IMG/VR virus record: IMGVR_UViG_3300005393_000308
Direction: 5' to 3' (one strand)
Length of the DNA stretch: 64,000 nucleotides
DNA from: a virus
The notes beneath the pieces are model-generated. The model saw nothing but the letters and a program-made list of their open reading frames with translations, searched no databases and was not told the origin of the DNA. The translations under genes and the position numbers were made by a program. Shown piece after piece: positions 36,103-44,796 of the stretch (positions are counted from its first letter, which is position 1; every line of letters begins with the position of its first letter).

Positions 36103-38226
36103 TTAGAGAGCTGGCGTCAGGTTAACCACCACAGTGATCTGACGCAGCTCGAACGGCGGCACGATGGTTAGTTCGATTCTGGCCTTACCTAAAATCTGGT
36201 CGGCCAGAGAAGCAATGATATTGAATCTATAGTCGCTTATATCGCCTGCTTCCTTCATCTTAAGTAGCCGCTTGTCGATGGCGGCCGACATCGCGTTGCG
36301 GTTGGGGACGTTGTTCGGCTCGCCAAGGAATGGGTCGCAGGCGTCTTTGACGTTGTCCACCGCAACCTTAACTGCCCGGCAGGTCGTCGTCCTGGTATAG
36401 TCGGAACCGGGCTGTGCGCAGGTCATGGAGTCTTCCACGGCCGCGGTCGCACCGTTGTTCTTGGTCTTATAGGTTACAAAACGGGCCGCGGTGAGTCTGT
36501 CGCGCTGGCTGTTGCTGAAGGTGTAGCGCAGACCAATAATGCCCGGCACCTGCTTGTTCAGCGGCGATGAGCCCGGTCGCATGGTGCTCATCATGGCCGC
36601 GAACACAGCCGCGCTGTTGGCGGTGTACGCGCCGAACTTGCTGTTATTCAGGATTACGTCCGGCCCCGCCAGAACGTGTACGTATTCCCCAATGTCGAAC
36701 TTCTTGCCTTCGCTGTCGGTAATCGGGTCGCCGAACTTGTCCACAACGAAGTAATCGTTGGGTTTGGTGAGCAGTTTGTTGACATGATCATCAATGTCTT
36801 TCAGGCTGATGTCGGCAACTGGTTTGGTAGCGATAACGCCGTAGGTGGTATGCTGTCTTACGGAAATATAAGCACAGGCCATGGCAAGCTGCTGGGCAAA
36901 GTTCTTTTTGGGATCGGGCAGCTCATCGTCAGCGAACACGCCAAGCGGCACAATCCAGTCCACGGTATAGTTCTCCAGGAGTTGGTACGCGCCAAGCTCA
37001 ACTAGATTGCCGCCGGCATCCCGTTTGCCGCCAAGCAGCTCGTAAAGTTTGTTCTTGGACAGCTTAATCTCATCATCCCCGCCGGTGAAGTTGACACCGT
37101 CGGCGGCCGTAACGGACAAACTATTGGACAGCACATCATTGTATTCAGTATCTACTGAAGCGCGGAACATGTTGTTGTTCGCGTCGCTGTTGATAGCCCG
37201 CACCATGCTCTCCAGCGTGGGATAATCCAGCGAACTGTAAGTAAGCGGAGGCTCGGTGGAGCTGGCTTTTTTACTCTCCGGCTTAAACAGTTTGAGTCGT
37301 TTGCCGATTACTGTACCATTGCTGATAATCGCCTCGACAGCAAACTTGCTTTCGTTATACAGGTCGCCGCCGTAGGTCGTGGTAATATTGATTCCCCTGT
37401 CGCTGACGCTGGTAATAACATTGGCCAGATACCTTACGAGTATTGCAGTTCCGAGAGATGCGGCACCGGCAGTAACCGTCAGGATTTTGCCATTGACGCT
37501 GAACTTATCGGCCGCAAGAGCTTCACCGTCCGCATAGACCATCATGCTGTCGGCGATTGGTGTCTCGGACAGGGTAAAGGTAAGACTACTTCCCTGCGCC
37601 ACCTTAGTGATGGGATACGGCAGCGGTTCTTCCTCGTTATCCTCGTTAACCAGCATGCAGTTAAGTACCAGGGTCGCCCCGGCAGAGCAGACGTCGGCAT
37701 TAACTGTAACTGACGTTGTGCCTACAGTGTAGGCATTAGACGGCAATGCAAAGCCGTCAGCCGTAATGCTGACACTGCCCTCGACAATTGAGTAACCGGA
37801 GTATCCGCTGCCGAGTTCTGTAATCACATTGATGGTCATGCTGGTGTTGCCAGGCATTGTCCCTGCGGCTTCCTCGATCAGCTTTTCCTCCACCAGACTG
37901 AAGCTGTCACACTTGGCCACTGCAGTAGCCGGCTTGCCGGAGATCCGCATTAGACGGATATCACGGCACCCCGCCTTCCAGGCTTCTTCAAAACCGACCA
38001 TCAGCGTGGCTCCGTTTGGCAGGCCGTTTTTGCCTATGGCCTTGCCGAAGACAGTCTCGGCAGTACTGGCGTCAACAGCCACGGGAGTGCCCATAGGCCC
38101 GTCAACAGCAGTGCCCAACAACAGGATACTCTCGGTCGCCGGCGGGTTGGGATCTGAACGCAGTTGCAGCCCGCCGTCCTTAAACTCAGTGAGTATACCA
38201 GGTAAGTTTGGGTACAAGTTAAGCAT
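36103..38226 (-). CDS. Tail sheath protein
   Basis: 707 aa; LPGILTEFKDGGL, LLGTAVDGP, C-terminal FELRQITVVVNL. Confidence 0.88.
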   Translation of the reverse strand: MLNLYPNLPGILTEFKDGGLQLRSDPNPPATESILLLGTAVDGPMGTPVAVDASTAETVFGKAIGKNGLPNGATLMVGFEEAWKAGCRDIRLMRISGKPATAVAKCDSFSLVEEKLIEEAAGTMPGNTSMTINVITELGSGYSGYSIVEGSVSITADGFALPSNAYTVGTTSVTVNADVCSAGATLVLNCMLVNEDNEEEPLPYPITKVAQGSSLTFTLSETPIADSMMVYADGEALAADKFSVNGKILTVTAGAASLGTAILVRYLANVITSVSDRGINITTTYGGDLYNESKFAVEAIISNGTVIGKRLKLFKPESKKASSTEPPLTYSSLDYPTLESMVRAINSDANNNMFRASVDTEYNDVLSNSLSVTAADGVNFTGGDDEIKLSKNKLYELLGGKRDAGGNLVELGAYQLLENYTVDWIVPLGVFADDELPDPKKNFAQQLAMACAYISVRQHTTYGVIATKPVADISLKDIDDHVNKLLTKPNDYFVVDKFGDPITDSEGKKFDIGEYVHVLAGPDVILNNSKFGAYTANSAAVFAAMMSTMRPGSSPLNKQVPGIIGLRYTFSNSQRDRLTAARFVTYKTKNNGATAAVEDSMTCAQPGSDYTRTTTCRAVKVAVDNVKDACDPFLGEPNNVPNRNAMSAAIDKRLLKMKEAGDISDYRFNIIASLADQILGKARIELTIVPPFELRQITVVVNLTPAL

Positions 38227-38254
38227 TTTCCTTCCTGCCTTTCCAGATAATTAA

Positions 38255-38869
38255 CTAACTGTCCTGTGTGTCCTTAACCTTGATAAGAACCTCTTCAAGT
38301 ACCTTGCCTCTAACAATATGGACCTCTTCAATTCTTAAGAGGTAAAACAGGGTACATACAGAAGCAAAACCAGTATCCAGGCCGGTATTACCCGGTCCTT
38401 CCTCGCCCAGGAAGATGAGCTCAGAGAGACCGTGCTCTTTGAAATAGCCTGTATAATAATCAATAAAAGCCTCCAGCCTGTTGGCTAGATGCCTTGCCTC
38501 ACGGTTTGTCTGCGCATAACAACGGAAAGCCGCCTTGCAGTCATACCACTTGCGCCAGACCTCTACGTTGTAATTCTTGTAGCAGGGGTCTTCAAATGAC
38601 TCGTAGAACTTCTTCTTGAGTGGAGTCAGTTTTTCGTTGGGCCGTCTGGAGAGCAGATGAAACACTATCCTGGGCATCTTAACCCGCTCGGGATCATTGT
38701 AAGTAGTTATTTCCTCGGTCAGTTCTCCCCAGCCCGCTCCCCAGGCCGTATCTAAAAGCCTCCGCAAATTGTCAATTAAGTGGTCAATTGTAACACACGA
38801 ATACCTGGTTTCGTCCGGGAAACCAGGTAGGGAAAGCTCCTGCATCTGCATCCCCCGTTTAAATAGCAA
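38255..38869 (-). CDS. Tail terminator/completion-like protein
   Basis: 204 aa between two sheath genes; CYAQTNREARHLANRLEAFIDYY pattern. Confidence 0.5.
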   Translation of the reverse strand: MLFKRGMQMQELSLPGFPDETRYSCVTIDHLIDNLRRLLDTAWGAGWGELTEEITTYNDPERVKMPRIVFHLLSRRPNEKLTPLKKKFYESFEDPCYKNYNVEVWRKWYDCKAAFRCYAQTNREARHLANRLEAFIDYYTGYFKEHGLSELIFLGEEGPGNTGLDTGFASVCTLFYLLRIEEVHIVRGKVLEEVLIKVKDTQDS

Positions 38870-40418
38870 TGCGCGTGGTTACGCTGATATCTTCAACTGC
38901 ATACTTTGCTCTAAGCGTAAGCTCAATGGTACAATTGGCCGAAAATGGCTGGGTTTCAACAGGTTCGATCTGCACGCCCACATCATATGACTGAATCCTG
39001 CCTTCCTGCTGTATGCGCGAAAGCACATCCCTGGCTACCCGCTCAATTGCGCTGCCAATAACTATAGTACCTCTTATTTCGCCAACATAAGGATCAAGCG
39101 CATTGCGCAACAGATGTACAGCATACTGCGCAGTACGTACATTAGCAACATACCTTAGTGGCCCGTCAGAAGCTGATGCTGTGACGCCGTTGTAGACAGA
39201 CAGCCCGTTTTTCAGCGACTCGTAGAAAACTACCAGTCCCCGTCTAGCGGCCCCGCGCAGCCAGTCGCCGTCCAACTGCGTCCTTTGTTGGGTTATATTG
39301 CTCACAGGAAGACTGGTTGTGGTCCCTGTTCCTGCAGCCGCAATCAGCGCGGCATAGGCGGCGGCGCCGGATATATAATCGCCATCCATGAACAGATCGC
39401 CAAGGACCACAGATAGATAATGCCCTCTATCTGCAGTCTCTCCGGCAATTCGCGTCTCCAGGCCGTACCTGTCGGCAAAACAGGTAGCATTCAGCAGGTC
39501 GGCCAGGTAATACTGCTGGGATTCTTTTATCAGATTCGCCTCAGGCATAGGGCGCATACCGATCACACCATGAGCCATCAAGCCGCGGCTGAACTGCCTG
39601 AAACAGAAGTCAGCCAGCTGGCCGTGGAAGGTGACCCTCTCTCCGTTAGCTTCCAGGGTAAGGTAGTCATCCTGTGCATAGTAATCTGACGCTCCATACA
39701 AACTCCCACTGGAACCATAGATATATGGGATTGCCACATCATTAAAAAAGGCGCCCAGTGGAACGACAATATCAGTACGCATTCCCTCAAGGCTCCTATA
39801 TACAACATCCAGTTCTTGATACATGTCGTTTTTGCTGATATCCAAACCATCCGAGCCGCCGCTTAATACAGCCTCTCCCTGGAACTGTTCATAGAGCAGT
39901 TCAGATGGGATGGTAATGTCTTCAGTCGAAGCGTATACCGGGGAGTACCCTTTTAGTGCGTCATCGTTGATTTTGTTCACCAGTGCGCCTGTAAATGGAA
40001 ACTCAGTAAAACTGTATATGTTTTCATAATCCTCGTGGTTTATAATCAGGGTAAGGCCCGCGCCCAATGAGGCGATGCGCACCCGGACGCTGTTATATAT
40101 ACCACTGCCGCCGATCGACCATAGCCTTAAGCCGTTGACAGTGGTGTCATTGTATACCACGGGTATGTTGAGTTCAGCGTGTCTCCCGCCAATCCTAACC
40201 AAGCGATAGACGGCGCCTGGATTAACAGTATAGGCCAACCTATAACCATTAAACAGGGTGCCGTCGGTACCAAAGAGGCGTTTTGCATGCTCGATACCTG
40301 CTACGTCTACAGGTTCATTACAGGGGCCGTTGCCGGCTGTTCCAATCAACACGACAACATTACCCGGGTTATCTTCGCCCACCCTGCTTCTCGTTGGCAA
40401 TTTACCCGCGGTCCACAT
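38859..40418 (-). CDS. Second tail sheath-like protein
   Basis: 519 aa; LIGTAGNGP, LSGGSDG, DIVVPLGAF and C-terminal sheath domain parallel the 707-aa sheath. Confidence 0.75.
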   Translation of the reverse strand: MWTAGKLPTRSRVGEDNPGNVVVLIGTAGNGPCNEPVDVAGIEHAKRLFGTDGTLFNGYRLAYTVNPGAVYRLVRIGGRHAELNIPVVYNDTTVNGLRLWSIGGSGIYNSVRVRIASLGAGLTLIINHEDYENIYSFTEFPFTGALVNKINDDALKGYSPVYASTEDITIPSELLYEQFQGEAVLSGGSDGLDISKNDMYQELDVVYRSLEGMRTDIVVPLGAFFNDVAIPYIYGSSGSLYGASDYYAQDDYLTLEANGERVTFHGQLADFCFRQFSRGLMAHGVIGMRPMPEANLIKESQQYYLADLLNATCFADRYGLETRIAGETADRGHYLSVVLGDLFMDGDYISGAAAYAALIAAAGTGTTTSLPVSNITQQRTQLDGDWLRGAARRGLVVFYESLKNGLSVYNGVTASASDGPLRYVANVRTAQYAVHLLRNALDPYVGEIRGTIVIGSAIERVARDVLSRIQQEGRIQSYDVGVQIEPVETQPFSANCTIELTLRAKYAVEDISVTTRIAI

Positions 40419-40420
40419 AA

Positions 40421-40924
40421 CTACCCCCGCACCTCAAGTGAACTTAACAACCGGTTAAATCTGTCCAGTTCGTCGGGCCTCAGAATCCCGACAACACTGG
40501 TATATTCCACGCGCCCAGAAAGACCGCGTATGTTTTCATAACGCATTACCTTGTATACCTCTATTACTTTACTGGCGCGGCCATTCAGCCATCCTACTTT
40601 AAGTACATAGTCATTCGTATTAATCTTGGCGTCATGTTTGAAGTAGAATGCTTCAGCGTCAAACAAAGAGAGTGAGTAGTCATCAGCCTGCTGGTATGCT
40701 GGTCTTGTAATGGAAGTTGCCGAGATGGGCACGCTCCTTACGCGGTGCTTGCTAACCGTGTAGGCATAACCGGTACCGAAACAGGCAGTACAGGACTTGT
40801 CCGGCTCGGCCGTCGTGCTGGACCAGCAGACCGGACACTTAAGCCGCTTATCGTTATGTAAGAGAACAACGTCGTAGCCCCAGGTATCAAGGATGTCGGC
40901 AAGCTCCCTGCGGAAATCGAGCAA
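40421..40924 (-). CDS. Head closure/neck protein with CxxC..CxxC
   Basis: 167 aa; KCPVCW..SCTACFGTGY; position after the adaptor-like gene. Confidence 0.55.
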   Translation of the reverse strand: MLDFRRELADILDTWGYDVVLLHNDKRLKCPVCWSSTTAEPDKSCTACFGTGYAYTVSKHRVRSVPISATSITRPAYQQADDYSLSLFDAEAFYFKHDAKINTNDYVLKVGWLNGRASKVIEVYKVMRYENIRGLSGRVEYTSVVGILRPDELDRFNRLLSSLEVRG

Positions 40925-40937
40925 CTTGATCGCCGCC

Positions 40938-41480
40938 TTATTGGATTACTCTCGAATTAAATGGATATGGATATTTCTTCCCGCCGCGTATAGCAGGCAG
41001 AATTCCAAACTCTTCCCGCAATCTCGACTCCCAATAGGCAACCTCCTGCTTCAAGTTGGCATAGGCTATGTTAAGCTCATCCCTTAAAAGCGCGGGGCGC
41101 CTCTCTACAGACAGGTCTGCCAGTTTCTGAACCACAGTATCGCGCCCCTTGTACGTCACCTGGCGCATCCTGGTCAGCAGGACATCGTAAGCCGCCTTGT
41201 AGCGGGTATATTGACGCATGGGAAGCGTTGGTATCTCAGGTATCTCTTTATTTACACGCTCTAGGATGTCGTTGCAAATGAGACTCGCCTGGACAAGGAA
41301 GCGCAGGCTGGTTACCCGATCCAGTTCCTCTTCTGTGAGACCAGTGTCTATCAATAACTGCTCGTAGGAGGAGTACAGCGGCGAGCACTTCGTGACAAAC
41401 TGCCAGGTAAACGTCCCGGAAGGGGTGGTAATGCTTAACTCATAGACCTGGTTTTGTTTCAGTAGAGACATGGTCGTCAA
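40938..41480 (-). CDS. Head-tail adaptor-like protein
   Basis: 180 aa helical; PLYSSYEQL..; position in the neck cluster. Confidence 0.5.
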   Translation of the reverse strand: MTTMSLLKQNQVYELSITTPSGTFTWQFVTKCSPLYSSYEQLLIDTGLTEEELDRVTSLRFLVQASLICNDILERVNKEIPEIPTLPMRQYTRYKAAYDVLLTRMRQVTYKGRDTVVQKLADLSVERRPALLRDELNIAYANLKQEVAYWESRLREEFGILPAIRGGKKYPYPFNSRVIQ

Positions 41481-41719
41481 CCTACCTTGAACATCAACTC
41501 GGCACCGGCCGGGAGCGGTTCATTAAATCTCACCGTCCGGCTGTCGACCTCTATGTAATCGAGAACCGGATAAGCCCTGAGTCCGTTAACATATACTTCA
41601 AGAGCACCACTGTCGGGGGTATATGTCAATTCGTTTAGTGTAAAGCCGGTCTGCCCTTCGGCGCTTACGGCATATTCTCTGGCGTTTTTAACACCTGCAC
41701 GTCTTAACACAATAGCCAC
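41477..41719 (-). CDS. Small virion protein (single beta-sandwich module)
   Basis: 80 aa; LEVYVNGLR..YIEVDSRTVRFNEPLPAG, similar to the 9565-10119 repeats. Confidence 0.55.
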   Translation of the reverse strand: MAIVLRRAGVKNAREYAVSAEGQTGFTLNELTYTPDSGALEVYVNGLRAYPVLDYIEVDSRTVRFNEPLPAGAELMFKVG

Positions 41720-41722
41720 AGG

Positions 41723-43027
41723 TTACGCGGCGTCGGGAGCCCCCGTCTTTAGACGTGGGGAGGAGACGCCACTCTCTCCTTTCGCATACTCGTATCCGTC
41801 TGCCCGCTGTAACAGATGCAGGTACTTTGGGTGGACGTCGAAACCGTTGAGCTCGAAGCTTGGGCGAAACCGGATCGCGACACGACCGATATGCATACCG
41901 GCATGTTTACCGTTTGGGATCAGCGCTTTCACCAGATCACCGGTGCGGTAGCCCATGAACCGCTTTGCCCGAGGCGCATGCCGGATTGGGAAGCCGTATT
42001 TGTCCGTCCCGCATCGCTGGCGCTTTCCGTATCCCTTGGCGGTTATTTGCAGCACTTGCCGCGGAAGGATCAGTCTATCCGGGGTGCTAGCTCCGACACA
42101 GGCGGCATCTATCCAGTGGGCTTTCGGCAGTCCCAGTCGAGTTCGGTTGTATTTGGTGCGGCCACCAGTTCCAACTTCAATGGGGATGTTGAAGCCGGTC
42201 AGTCTGCGATACAACTCCCAGCGCGTGGCGTTAACGGCCGCCGCGTCTTTCAGGGGAATCCGCGCCCTGGCCTGCACTTCGGGATAGCCAAACTCCTCCG
42301 CCGTCCGGTTCCCCTTGGCCTGGTTGCAAGCACGGCAGGCCAGCGTTAGATTAGACACCCGGTTGCTGCCGCCGCGGCTCTTGGGAACGATGTGCTCGAT
42401 CTCCAGCGGCACGTTCTCCGCGCCGCAGTACGCGCAGCGGCGTCCCCATTTCTCCAGCAGATACTCTCGGACTTCATAGCCGAAGAGCTCGCCCCGCTGG
42501 TACTCCACGCCAGCGATCTCCGGGGTCTGGAGCGCTTGCGTATCGAACCGGACCAGCTCCACCGACACCGCCGCTGCGGGCGCATATCGCTGTAGACGAT
42601 CCACCCAGGTCAGTACGTTCGCAACCCGGCTCACCAGCGACGGCGGCAACCAGCCCTCCGGCCGGCGGCGGTTGTCGAAGCGCGGCTTCCGGTGGCGCGT
42701 TTTGCGATTCCGCCGTGCGCGTCGCAATGCTCTGCGCTCCAGGAGCCTGCGCTTAACCTGTTCACCCCGGTGCTCGACCTCTGCCGCCCATATGATGCGG
42801 TTAGTGTCTTCACACACGAGGGCCAGCCCCGTCACCTTGGAGCCGGGGTCGATCTTGACCCGGTGCGGGTGGACGATCGATCCATCCAGCGTCCGATCTC
42901 TGAGAATGATGGTGAACGGGTAACGGCGAAAAACCGCAGCCCTGCCGGAGCGCAGGAGTTGCCGCGCTCTGGCCGGGTGACAAGGATCAAGCGGCTTTTT
43001 GTCCCTATCCAACACGAATACTCTCAA
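41723..43027 (-). CDS. iscB: RNA-guided endonuclease IscB (PLMP/RRXRR, split RuvC, HNH)
   Basis: 434 aa; KPLDPCHPARARQLL, KIDPGSKVTG, RRALRRARR, VELVRFD, CAYC..EHIVPKSRGGSNRVSNLTLACRACN, HWIDAAC. Confidence 0.95.
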   Translation of the reverse strand: MRVFVLDRDKKPLDPCHPARARQLLRSGRAAVFRRYPFTIILRDRTLDGSIVHPHRVKIDPGSKVTGLALVCEDTNRIIWAAEVEHRGEQVKRRLLERRALRRARRNRKTRHRKPRFDNRRRPEGWLPPSLVSRVANVLTWVDRLQRYAPAAAVSVELVRFDTQALQTPEIAGVEYQRGELFGYEVREYLLEKWGRRCAYCGAENVPLEIEHIVPKSRGGSNRVSNLTLACRACNQAKGNRTAEEFGYPEVQARARIPLKDAAAVNATRWELYRRLTGFNIPIEVGTGGRTKYNRTRLGLPKAHWIDAACVGASTPDRLILPRQVLQITAKGYGKRQRCGTDKYGFPIRHAPRAKRFMGYRTGDLVKALIPNGKHAGMHIGRVAIRFRPSFELNGFDVHPKYLHLLQRADGYEYAKGESGVSSPRLKTGAPDAA

Positions 43028-43040
43028 GCAAATACCTCCT

Positions 43041-43302
43041 TACGTCGGCTTTCTCGGGTTTCCCCGGTCAAGTGAGCCTCGCCAAGGTTATCCCGGCTTT
43101 TGCATCCAGCACACTGGCTTCAACCCCGTATGCCTGTTTAATGCCGGACGACAGAGCCTGGAGCTGGCTCGCGCACCCCAGGGTGTCGTGACCGGGATAA
43201 CGTAGCATCCTCGTCGCCTTGTCCTTCGGCTCAGATGCTGAGGCTGGTCATAGCCGAGCTTGCTTGTAGCAAGCCCCCGACTTTAGTCGTGGGGTCTATG
43301 AC
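43041..43302 (-). ncRNA. HEARO/omega RNA of the intact iscB element
   Basis: About 260 nt between the left end and the iscB RBS; GTCATAG/CTATGAC pairing, GCTACGTT, CCAGCTCCAGGCTCTG, CCTTGGCGAGG blocks. Confidence 0.85.
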
Positions 43303-43305
43303 AGA

Positions 43306-44376
43306 TCATACCTCCGAGATCAGGAGGCCGAATTTGTGCTCCGTGATCGGCACATACGGCAAATCGGCCGGCCGCTCAATCTTTAACCAGAATGTTTTGA
43401 CCCCGTAAGGTTCCAGCACATCAATAGTTACACTCTCTGCATATTCTCCGGGCGTCCCGTCTACATCCGGCGCAAACCGCACCCACTCGTAGCCGTGATA
43501 ACCGTGGTACATAATTCCCCTGACGACAAGTCCGCTGATAGCAGTGTCGGATGGGTTTTCTATCTCAAGTTTCTTCTTGATAAAGCCTCCCTCCAGCGGA
43601 CCGAGGCTGGTTTCAAGGCTGTAATCCAACAGGTTTCCGTCGAGATAGACGTTAAGGTTCAGCATGTTGTACCAGTAGATATTGCCACCGGCAATGGTCG
43701 TAAGCCCGGTAGATGCCAAAAGAATTCCACCAGCATCGCGCAGTTCAATCGTACCATCGAAGATCAGAGCAGTCTGAGCCGGCAACACCGCTGTCCCGTT
43801 GATGACGCCGGCCAAACAGATTGGCTGGCCCGCACTGTCGTACACGATCGCAGTCGCACCTGCCGGCGCGTTGCCTATATAAATACGGTCGTCCTTTGTT
43901 AGGGAAAACCTGCTAACTATGGCCGTAGATGTTCCTTCTGCGTACAATCCAAGTGTCATGTCGGGTGATACAAAAGCAGTGCCTATTATCTCCCAGTAGC
44001 CTTTTGCGCTTGAGCAGCCGTATGCCTCGCAGCGGTCATTAACCGCTTTTATACGGAGTCGCTCGTACGGGTCTCCACCTGTTATCACAGAAAGGTAAAG
44101 GGCATCGTCAGGCGACGCCCACAGGGTAAGGCCGGCGCCGTCATCCGCGCCGGCCGGACTGTACTGTACCTGCACTTCGCAGACATACGGCTGCTTAATA
44201 GAAGAGCAAAGAGCCAGGATCGCTCGTCCACCATTCGCGGCAGGGTTCATAAACAGGCCGCCTGAACTAAAAACAAAACAGTCTTTCTTGTTAGGCGAAA
44301 GCACAAAACTGCCATCGTCGATTGAAAGGTCAGTGGTATAAATAAGCCCGCTTTCAATCAGGTCAATCCTGGCCAT
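43306..44376 (-). CDS. Virion protein with ConA/beta-sandwich-like domain
   Basis: 356 aa, beta-rich; YSPAGADDGAGL. Confidence 0.45.
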   Translation of the reverse strand: MARIDLIESGLIYTTDLSIDDGSFVLSPNKKDCFVFSSGGLFMNPAANGGRAILALCSSIKQPYVCEVQVQYSPAGADDGAGLTLWASPDDALYLSVITGGDPYERLRIKAVNDRCEAYGCSSAKGYWEIIGTAFVSPDMTLGLYAEGTSTAIVSRFSLTKDDRIYIGNAPAGATAIVYDSAGQPICLAGVINGTAVLPAQTALIFDGTIELRDAGGILLASTGLTTIAGGNIYWYNMLNLNVYLDGNLLDYSLETSLGPLEGGFIKKKLEIENPSDTAISGLVVRGIMYHGYHGYEWVRFAPDVDGTPGEYAESVTIDVLEPYGVKTFWLKIERPADLPYVPITEHKFGLLISEV

Positions 44377-44391
44377 CTACAGCCCTCCAAG

Positions 44392-44607
44392 TTAGCCGAT
44401 CTCAAGTACCGTGTGAGTGTCTATCTTTTTGCACAACATGATGGAATCTGTGTCGATCTTCTTAGTTAGAGTTTCGATAACCCTTTTCGCCTCGCGTAGC
44501 GACCTGTAAATACCATACAGAACCCAGTAGCTATGTATTGCGCTAATAGTCTGATAGCCCAGATCGCTTTGTGGCCTGACGAAAATACAATACTGCACGT
44601 CCTGCAA
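44392..44607 (-). CDS. Small hypothetical phage protein
   Basis: 71 aa, TTG start with GGAGG RBS, fills the gap. Confidence 0.6.
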   Translation of the reverse strand: MQDVQYCIFVRPQSDLGYQTISAIHSYWVLYGIYRSLREAKRVIETLTKKIDTDSIMLCKKIDTHTVLEIG

Positions 44608-44651
44608 ACCTTACACCTCCAAGAAATACTAAACCCTGTCGCTCAGCCTAT

Positions 44652-44796
44652 GTGACGTACCCTATACCTAAAGGCATAGGGCTTCTCGCTTCATCTTGCC
44701 TGACGGCAATCCACGAAGACCCTGTCCGGGCCCGATTTTAGTACTATCGCTTTCACCCCACCCCTAAAGGAGATGGGTTTTCCCGTGGCAGCCTAT
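44652..44796 (-). mobile_element. 145-nt internally deleted TnpB-type IS200/IS605 element
   Basis: TTAT then ..CGGGAAAACCCATCTCCTTTAGGGGTGGG; right end GAAGCCCTATGCCTTTAGGTATAGGGTACGTCAC. Confidence 0.8.

Larger units (their letters stand above)
41720..43302 (-). mobile_element. Non-autonomous IS200/IS605 element carrying iscB (no tnpA)
   Basis: Left end GTCATAGACCCCACGACTAAAGTCGGGGGCTTG; right-end hairpin CCCCACGTCTAAAGACGGGGG; removal restores GGAGG-8 nt-GTG for the 80-aa gene. Confidence 0.9.
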
